From Prorocentrum cordatum (taxonomy: Eukaryota): 55,650 bases of DNA. Where the stretch lies: assembly GCA_963575745.1 (NCBI GenBank), contig CAUYUJ010000145.1, forward strand, positions 62,001 to 117,650, in the 5' to 3' direction. The notes beneath the pieces are model-generated. The model did no database searches, had not been told where the DNA came from, and saw only the letters and a list, made by a program, of their open reading frames with translations. Below, in pieces: positions 1 through 9,000 of the stretch. Every line of letters starts with the position of its first letter. Position 1 is the first letter of the stretch. The position numbers and the translations under genes are program-made.

Positions 1-599
1 ACCCTCGAGGTTTTGCGTTGGCCTTCCTCTTCGGAACCCTACGCCCCTGGGCAACAAGTCTGCGCGCGGCCCCCTCGAGACCTTCAACAAGGGCCTGGCT
101 CCCCGAGGAGGGTCCCATGGGCACGTGGGGGGGAGGCCCGGGAGCAGAGGAGGAGGCAGCAGCAGCAGCTTCAACGAGGACGAAGGAGGAGAGAGGACCC
201 CCCTAGGCCCTAGCCGAAGGGTCCCTACAGTCATCGGCCTGACCTAACGAACGATGCATATGGAACCAAGCCCCTTGCCTTGAACGCATAAGGAGCGATA
301 GATAATGCATAACGCATCGGGAACGAGAAATAACGCAGGCAAGCCTGCGGAACGACCGAGCCCCTTTTGAAAAGCAAGTTTCTTCGCACTCACGCCGCTC
401 GCTGTGAGCCGAACCGATCCTGCGAGCACGGGGGCACGCGAGACCCCTGACGCCACCTGGGCCACGGCGCGGGCACGTGCAGTGTAGCCTGGGCTCCGCG
501 CTCAAAGGCGCCCAGCCCCTCCCCCTCCCCGCCCACCGTCCGAGCCCCCCCCCCCCACTTCCGCCGCTCTGCGCGGCACGTCTGCCCCACACACTGCTT

Positions 600-1560
600 G
601 GAGACCCTCCCCGGCAACTGGGCCGCGCCCCTCTCCGAGGCCCCCCCAGAGGGGCCGCACCGGCCTTCTCCTCTCCGCCCTCCGCCGCCAGATGTCGAGT
701 CGGGGCCCGCTCGAGCTGCAAGAGCTTCGCGTCGACCGCGCACGCGAAACGACACTTCTCCGGCTTCGACTCCTGCCTGCGAGCCCCTCGGACACGCCGT
801 GCCCGGACCTCCCGCGCAAGGGCTCGAGCGAGCGGCGCGGCCGAGAACGACGGCATTCCAGTGCTGCTCGAGACACCGCTTGCAGTCCTCGGGGCACGCT
901 GGATCCGCCGCGGCCGCACGGATGAGTGCCGCCTGCTCCTGTAGGAACGGCGGCCTTAGATTCTCCGTCGACTCGTCCGCCTCTTTGCGGCGCTGCGCCC
1001 CGTCGCGATGCGCAGCGCCTGCCTTCGTGGCCGCGGCCGCAGCCACCTGCTCAGGGAATGAAGAAGCGCACGGAAGACTACGCCGCAGATGCCCCATCAG
1101 CTCGGTCGCATTCGTGAGCGAGAGCTCCGTTAGACGAATCACGAATCACGAGCCGACGAAGAACGCCCCCTCCCCCCTTGCCCTGTGCCGCCCGCTGCGC
1201 CTGCTCCACCGCACCCCCCTGTTTCGCCCCACGCCCCCCCCTGGGCTCCTGCAGCTGCCGGCGGGGCGAGTATCCGAGCGGGGCGCCTGTCCGCGGCTGC
1301 CGTGGAGACGGAGCCAGGGCGGACGTGGCTAAGGGCAAGGATCAGGGTGAGCACGCAAGTGGGCGTGGACCTGCAAAGCCTCGAAGCTGCTACCACGGAA
1401 AGCCCATAGCGGACATCGATACGAACTGGGCCCCGCGGCCTCAGATCCGCCATCGCGCAGCGGCGGGCCGTGCGGGCCGAGGAGGCCCAGCTGCCCTTGG
1501 GCCCCAAGTGCAGGGCATGGATCTCGCACGTGGACTTCATCACCCACCTCTTCCTCATCC
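600..1560 (-). mobile_element. Decayed 3' fragment of a LINE-B-type retrotransposon (C2H2 finger remnant + downstream ORF remnant)
   Basis: Minus-strand frames give YRCPL(W)-x12-H-AHLRAH (C2H2 spacing, 1345-1420), then RLTELSLTNA..., ESKPEKCRF..., GGEEKAGAAP(fs)ASERGAAQL. Order and motifs parallel CPQC-x12-H-VVSH and GAEKKVGVAPMNHMERVLQ of LINE-B. Several frameshifts. Confidence 0.55.
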
Positions 1561-1900
1561 CCCCTTCTCTCCTCCCAGTCCTTCGTACTGTGCTTCTCCT
1601 ACTGTCGATGGATCTGTTCCGCGCGAGGCATCCGCAAACGAGCGTCCGGTATCCTCATCGCGGTCGCGGCCCGAGGGCTCGGCCCGCGAGGCCGTGGATA
1701 CGGGAATGTTCCCCGCCTACGAGTCGCCGAGCCCCTCAGAACACCTCCCGCGGGCGCAAGTGGTGACGCTGCCGGGCCCCTCCCTCCCCCGGAACGGCCG
1801 TCATCGCCAGGGAACGAACAGAAGCTGGCTCTTGTGGGCGCGCAGCAGAAGCCATCAGGGGGGGGCTTGAGCAGGGACCGACCATCCCCGCATTCCTATA

Positions 1901-2035
1901 GGCCTACCACGACATGTTCTTAGAACCTAAAGTGTTGCTTAACAACAAGCACAATATTCTTAGAACATAAACCTGATGTGCTAAAACAGGACAGTCTCAG
2001 ACACACACACGTTCTAAGCACATCTCGTGCAGACC
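1901..2035. repeat. Short AT-rich element with ~25-bp imperfect terminal inverted repeats
   Basis: ggcctaccacgacatgttcttagaac (1901-1926) vs gttctaagcacatctcgtgcagacc (2011-2035). Confidence 0.5.
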
Positions 2036-2462
2036 ACAAAAGGTCTCTCGAACAACTTCCGGCGCCGCCTGTGCGCTCCAGCGCAGATCCAAGAAATCCG
2101 CGCGGAGCGCCACAAGTTTCTGATTCGGCGGTGAAGAAACCTTCCTTCAGCAAACCACCCGTTAGTGAAAACGGCCTAGGACCGAAACAGACGGACTTGG
2201 ACCCGCAACAATGACAGCCGCGACGCCCTCTCGCGAACCGAAAGCGACCAATTCGCTAATCGACGTGTCAGGGTAGAAGGTCGATCAACCTCCGAATGAT
2301 TATGGCGTTTGTTCTTCTTCGATTCGCAGGCCCTCGCCGATCTTCCACACACACACACACCCCGGCCCCCGCTGGCATGACGTCGCTCGCAGACTTCGCG
2401 CCACGGGCTCCTCGAGACTGCCGGGATTCTGCGGGGGCCTGGGAGGCTCCAAGCAGCAGTCG

Positions 2463-2621
2463 TAAGTCGGGCATGTCCCCCTACAGGCGGATGTTGGACG
2501 AAACATAAAAAAATAGTCAACGAAATACTCACAAATTGGGAAACGTGGTTCAAAAGTCGTCCCCAGACTGCTCTTGTACTATTCTTACACATTCCTTCTG
2601 TAGAGGGACAGGCCCGACTTA
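2463..2621. mobile_element. MITE-like element, GTCCCCAGACT family, copy 1
   Basis: TIRs taagtcgggcatgtccccctaca / tgtagagggacaggcccgactta (21/23), AT-rich interior; homologous copies at 46929 and 49775. Confidence 0.75.
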
Positions 2622-2940
2622 ACAGCCGTCCCCGCGCGGCACCTGCGCCAGGGAGTTCGTCGCGCACAGGTTCTCCCCGGGGTTGTCCAAGCCTGAGGGT
2701 GGGGGTCGAGCTGTTCCTCGTTCTTCAGCCTGCTAGGCTTCTCCTGCTCCTGCTCCTGCTCCGCTCTCCTCCTCGTGTGCCGCTGTCTCCTCCTCCTCGT
2801 CCTCCTCCTCCTTCTCCTCCCTCGTCCTCCTCCTCCTCAGCCATTTCCCGCCCGAGCCGCCCTGGCCTGCGGGGGCGCGCGCGGATGGTGCAACCGCCAA
2901 CTTCGAAGTGGCGTTGCGGTTGCGAGTCACCCTGTCGACG

Positions 2941-4160
2941 TCAAAAGGTCGGCATCAAAAGAGGTGGGTGCCCAACGTCATCAGCTACAATGCGGTGACG
3001 GGCATGCGCCGTGCCAGGTGCGGAGTCCGCCTCCCTCGCCCCCTCGCCTTCCCCCTCCCCCTTCTTTTCCTCCACCTACTGGCGAGCAATAGCGCCCGCC
3101 AGCCGCAGCGGCGCTGTTGCAGAGACGCAGATCAGCTACGAAGCTGGGATCGGCCTCAGCAGCGACAACGTTGCTGGAGGCAGGTCGAGCAAGTTGGTCA
3201 TCAGCTACAGCGACGGGACCAGCACGTGCGACACCAAAGCAGAGCCCGACGTCCTCACCTACAGCGCGGCAAACAGCGCATGTGAGAAAGGCGGGCAGTG
3301 GCAGCATGCCCTGGCAGGGCTCCGGAACACGGAAGCAAAGCTGGAGGCTAACGCGCTCAGCTACACGGTTGCCATCAGCGTGCGCGAGAAGAGCAAACAG
3401 CGCGCCCTCAACCACAGCGCCGCAAGCAGCGCGTGCGAGAATGGCGGGCAGTGGAAGCAGGTTTCGGCAAGTTTCCGAGAGAAGGAGGCAGAGCTGGAGC
3501 CCGACGTCCTCAGCCACAGCGTTGAAATCGGCGCGTGCTGGACAAGCGAGCAGTACACAACTCGAGGCAGCGGACCAGTGCACCCCGAGGCGGCAGCAGG
3601 CGGCAGTACAGGAGCAGATCCACCCAGCTACAGTTCTGGGATCAGCTCGTGCGCAAAGACAGGCAGTGGCAGCAGGCGCTGGCAATGCGAGAAGGGCACG
3701 CAGGGGCAGCACGCTGCTGACACGCGAGAGGCAGAAGTGCAGCGGCGGACATCCTCAGCTACGATTCTCAGATCAGCTCATGTGCGAAGAGCAGGAGCCA
3801 GCCAAGACCAGCTACAACGCTGGGAGCGGTTTGTGCGAGAAGGGTGGCAGCATGCGACAGTGTTGGAGCAAACTTCCTCAGTTACAATTCTGGGATCAGC
3901 TCGTGCACGAAGGCAGGCAATGGGAGCAGGCGCTGGCACTGCGAGAAGGGCACGCAGTGGCAGCAACTGTCACTGGGAGAAGGCGGAAATGCAGGCGCGG
4001 ACGTCCTCAAGTACAGTTCTGAGATCAGCTCGTGCACGAAGGCAGGCAGTGGGGCACGCAGGGGCAGTGGACGCTGGCGCTGCGAGAAACCGTGAGGAGT
4101 GGGAGGCGAAGGCAGAGCCCGACGTGATCAGCTACAATGCTGGACGCGAGGGAAAGGCAA
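2941..4160 (+). pseudogene. Degenerate pentatricopeptide-repeat (PPR) array
   Basis: Repeated EPDV(L/I)(T/S)YSA..SACEKGGQWQ.AL units (PNVISYNA, EPDVLTYSAANSACEKGGQWQHAL, SYNSGISSC, EPDVISYNAG) spread over three frames. Confidence 0.8.
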
Positions 4161-4209
4161 GCAACACGTGCGGCATCCTCCTCCTCCTCCTCCTCCTCCT
4201 CCTCCTCCT

Positions 4210-4309
4210 NNNNNNNNNNNNNNNNNNNNNNNNNNNNNNNNNNNNNNNNNNNNNNNNNNNNNNNNNNNNNNNNNNNNNNNNNNNNNNNNNNNNNNNNNNN
4301 NNNNNNNNN
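4210..4309. other. Assembly gap (100 N) within a (CCT)n tract
   Basis: Run of N. Confidence 1.
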
Positions 4310-5164
4310 CTCCTCCTCTTCCTCCTCCTCCTCCTTCCCTCCTCCTCCTCCTCCTCCTCCTCGCCTTTCTCCTCCTCCGCCCTCTCCTGCTCCTCCTCCA
4401 CCTCCTCCTGCTGCAATCACGACTTTGATGGGGCCCGGCGTCATGATTATTCCATGACGTCGACCTCCAGAGGCCTCGACCCATTCCCAGGGACAAGTTT
4501 TTCGTTCCGAGTCGTTTTCTGACGGTCCCGAGGCCCGGCGAGGGCCCCCCGAGGCCCGAAACGAAGAACAACTGTTTTGTCGCACTTTGATCATGAATCG
4601 ATGGGGGTCTGGGATTTCAGCTTGGCTGCAGATTAGCAGGCGAAGAGAAGGTGTAAAACAAGCTCTTCCCCCGCTGGGGGGCGCCTGCCCCAGGGCGGCG
4701 GGAAAGCTTCTGCCCCAGGGCTGAACCTAAACGGTGTCTTTCGTTGTCGTTTTGTGCTCGTTGTCCCTCGCTTTTGTCTCGCATCGCTTGTTTTCCCGCG
4801 CTTTTGTCCCCCCCTCCCTCTCGCTGGAAAGAGGAGAGAGGAGGAATCGGCGTGGTGGTGGTGTATATTCTTTGGACCCCCAAATCGGCCTTTATCGCAA
4901 AACGAAGTCGAAACGAAAACGGCCCACGAAAGTGCCAAAAACACCGTTTAGGTCCAGCTCTGTTATACCCTTACGGTGGCACGTCGGGGCATTAACTGTC
5001 CAGCCGCCGCGGGGCAGGTGTCCCCAACGGCGGAACAATGTATGTCATACCGTTCTTCGTCGGCTAATGTACAATAGGGTCCCGACCTCAAGAAACCGGC
5101 CACAAGAAACCCAACCCTGAGACCCCAGGACGTCCGTTGATGTTTTGTGTGGGGACGTCACTGG

Positions 5165-5360
5165 AGGCCTCCTAGATGGGGTCGGAGCAGGTGGGGTCGG
5201 AGGATCGCACCGCATCGCCAATGCATCGGCGATGCATCGCCGATGCATTGCCGATGTCGACGTGAAGCAAATCGGGCCCCACATCGAGCCGCATCGGAGA
5301 TGTATCAGCGGTGCGGCGCGATCCTCCGACCCCATCCGCTCCGACTTTCTCTAGGGGGCC
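5165..5360. repeat. Inverted-repeat element with an internal 44-bp near-perfect palindrome
   Basis: Arms 5181-5214 / 5312-5345 (31/34), extended by ggcctcctag / ctagggggcc; palindrome 5213-5256 centred on atgcat. Confidence 0.7.
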
Positions 5361-5807
5361 TGGAGCCACGCTCTCCACAGCAGAACCATCGAAACCCAAG
5401 AAACCCGGGGCACCCTGGAGGCAAGCCGGATGTGTCTTGGCACGGGTCCTCCTCCTCCTCCTCCTCATCCTCCTCCTCCTCCTCCTCCTCCTCCTCCTCC
5501 TCCTCCTCCTCCTCCTCCTCCCCTGTAATGTAGACGATGCAGCTGCTGCGCACCGCGCGGGGCCTCCCGAGGGTTTCCTCACGAGTGGGCAAACCAAAGA
5601 ATGGCATGTGCGCGTCGCTGCAGCAACGATCTGTGAAGGTACGTCGTCACTCTGAGGCGCACGCAACCGAAAGGCGAGTTCCCCTTTGTCCTCCCTCGTT
5701 TGTCCCTCCTCTCCTCCCTCGTCCCTCACTCCCTCCCTCACACCCTCCTCCTCCTTCTCGAACTTATCCTCCTCCTCCTCCTCCTCCTCCTCCTCCTCCT
5801 CCTCCTC

Positions 5808-5825
5808 TAGCCGTTCTGGCTCAGG
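5808..5825 (+). other. Relict dinoflagellate spliced-leader-like sequence at the 5' end of LINE-A
   Basis: tagccgttctggctcagg vs dinoSL ...TAGCCATTTTGGCTCAAG: 15/18, all differences are transitions, exactly at the (TCC)n/unique junction. Confidence 0.65.
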
Positions 5826-6033
5826 CATTTCGCCTGTGCTTGCAACAGCTTATCCTCAGAACGGCACACAGCTATTGCGGGCTGAATTGGCTCGTATTCC
5901 ATTTCATTCAGTTCGCGGGATCTCAACCCGCACGCTTCCATTTGTGAGCTCCTGCAGGAGCATCTCTTCACGACGTCCCCATCGGCGGCATGGCGGGTGG
6001 CTCTGCTGTCGGAGGCGGTAAAGGGCGCGTGGC

Positions 6034-9000
6034 GTGGGCGCCATGGCACTCGAAGTGGTCCAGTCCTCCTCCCTCTGGTCCTCTGGTGGTCTCCAAGGCG
6101 AAGCGCCTCGGATTGGAGCCGTCCGAGTGCCGAGGCGCCGCGACCACACCCAGTGGCCGCCGTTGGTGCCAGGCCTCCAACGTCCGCCTGCTACTCATGT
6201 GGATGCTGGTCATGGCCACGCTCCTGACAAGCGGTGGACATGCTGCTGGTGTGGATGCAAGAAAAACGAAGGCCGCTTCTACTTCTGCAAGCACTGCGGA
6301 GCGCTCAAGTCCGACTCCGCGGTGCCATCATCGACCTGGTCTTACGGTGGAGCGTTGGCCCTCTTCGAGGATGGTGCTGCAGGTGGAGGTGGCAAAGCTG
6401 GAGGTAAAGGACTTCCGGCAGGCGCTGGAGGCATCAAAGGAGGCAAGGGGCTCCCCAATGACGGTGGCAAGGGCCCCACCCTTCCGGGTGCAGGTGCCCC
6501 CGCCGCAGATGCGCCTCCGCTCACCAGCGAGGAGTACCTCCAGTTGTCGGGCCTCTGCGCAAAGATGGGCGACACGCAGGGAGCAGAGGCGTACAAAACG
6601 GCCGCTGCGGCTCTGCAGAAGCCGGCGGCTGCTCCTGAGGCCGTGCAGGTCCGTCTTCAGAAAGCGCACAGCAAGGCTCGAGGCGTCGAGAAGAGGTTGG
6701 AGGCAGCTTGCAATAAGTTCGACCAGCTCGAGTCCCAGTTGGAGTTGCAGCGTTCAGCTGTCATTCAACTTCGTGCAGAACTGGTCGCGGCGGAATCAGA
6801 GCATGGTGATCTCGTACGCAAGCTTCATGCTGAGTTGCCCCCTGCCACGCCAGCGGCCGGTGGCAACAAGCTCTCCATGGACGACCTGCTTGACGAAGAG
6901 AAGTTTGCGGCTGCCTTCGACGTCGACGTGGGTTCCGCCTTCCAGGTGGGCGTTGACGACGAGCTCTCGGCCGAGGACCAGACTGAGCTCCAGAACCGCA
7001 TCGAGCAGTTCAAGACTGGCATCTCCTCCATGGCAAAGAGCCTCTTCTCGGAGGCTAAGTCCAAGGTCGACGGCCTCAAGGCGGAGCACTCTGCGCTGGC
7101 GGCTCGGATGGCGGCGAAGAAGCGTCGCACTGGAGCTGACGGAGAAGGAGTGGCCGCTGGTGACACAGCGGGCGCTGCCCCCCCAACTGCTGGCGATGGC
7201 CAGGGCGCCCAGGCCGCGGCAGCTTCGGCCCGTCCGGAACCCCAGGCGCCCCCAGCAGGCGGCGCCGCTCCCGGCCCTCCCGCGGCTGCTGAACCGCCAG
7301 CGCCTTCTGCATCCGCGCGTTCTCGCGCTGACCGCATCGCAGGCAAGGGTCACTCTTCTGAGCCACCCCCCCTGGAGGCACCTAATAATCCTTCGGTCCT
7401 GGCCCGTCTCCCGGTCGTCTCGGGGTGCCGTGTCCCTGCTTCTTTGGGACTTCAGGTTCTGGGCTCAAGGGAAGGCTCTTATGGGCAAGCGCTCCAGGGG
7501 GGATCTGAACTTGCTTTTCAACAGCTGCCTGGAGCGCGATCTCTGGCGCAGCTCGCTCTTTGGCGCAGGAGGGGGATGCCCCCTTTGCTTGCCCAGTGTG
7601 TAGGGGAGCCTGCACAGCAGCGTCTGTCTCGCCCTCGATGGTCAGCGTTGCTTGCTCGCTCTCTTGCTGTGCTCAATGGCGACAGCTCCACCTCGTCCAT
7701 TGCCCGCGCTAGTTTGCAGCATGCTTCTTCGTTTGCGTTCAGTTGCACTTCGTTTGCTCGCCAGCAGGCGCCCGGCAATTTCGCCGCCCCTGCTCGTGCA
7801 TATCCAGTGCTCTCTGTGGCGAAGTTTGCTGTTCACCGCGTCTCTTGTGTGAAGCTGCCACTGGAGATGCCCTTGATTTCCAGTCAGCGCGAGGCTTCTC
7901 TCGCCGTCTCGTCTGGTGAGCGCCCTTATGATGGTGCTGCCCCGTTCGCTCTCTCCCCTCTCGCTCCTCCTCCCCCTCCTCCTCCTTCGCCTCCGGCGGC
8001 AGAGGCAATTGCGACCGAGGGGCAAGCTAACATCTTTAATGTTTTCTTGCCCTGCTTTACTGAACGCGGCGGAGCCGACGCTCTTGGGCCCCTCGCCTGC
8101 CGTTCCAGTTTCCTTGGGCCTGAAGCTTCGTTGTTTTCCCCCGGCCTCGCCGCCCAGGGCAAAGTGGGAGAGTTGCTCTCGCAGAGTCCTGGAGGTGCGA
8201 GTGCAGGCCAGGGGAGCCACGGCGAGCAGTCACCAGAGAATATCGATGCGGTGGCCCTCAAGGTTCAGACCATCAACTGCAATTCTTGGGGCAGGATGAA
8301 GTCCATGTTGGAAGGCGCTAACACGCATGTGGTGCTGTGTCAAGAACACAGGTTGCTGACTCAGGAAGCGATCGATCAGGCCAGCTCCTGGTGCATTCGC
8401 CGCGGATGGAAGTCGATCTGGTCGCCTGCGGTTGCGACGGATTCGGGGGATACCAGCTCCGGAGTCGCCATTTTCGTGCGCAGCTGGCTGGGGTGTCGTC
8501 CCCTTCCGGGGGGTCCCATTTGTCCTGGACGAGCCGTCGGGTGTTTCGTGGAGCTGCCAGGGACCCCCCCTCTTGTGATGCTGTCGGCCTACCTTCATCA
8601 TTCGGAGGGCCTGTCCGACAACAATCGCGAGATTCTGGCCAGGATCGGCGAGAGTGTTGATTGTCTGCACTTGCCGTGGCTTCTGGGTGCTGACTTCAAT
8701 TTCGAGCCCAAAGAGCTCGAGGACGCTCAGTTCATCAGCGAGCTCAGAGGGTCTCTTGTTTTCCCCAGCGTATGCACTCATTACCCTGCGGGCCCGCCGA
8801 CCACCTTCGACTATTTTGTGTGCTCGGGCGGCTTAGGCAAAGCTGTCGCGAAGGTCGAAACGCTGTTGGACACGGAGCTCTCACCCCATCGCCCGGTGGA
8901 GCTTTCGTTTCACCCCCGTTTGGCCGTCCTTCAAGCCTTGACTTTTCGCAAGCCTCCCCCTCTTCCGAGTGCCAGGGTTGTGGGTCCTGCTCCTCGTGAC

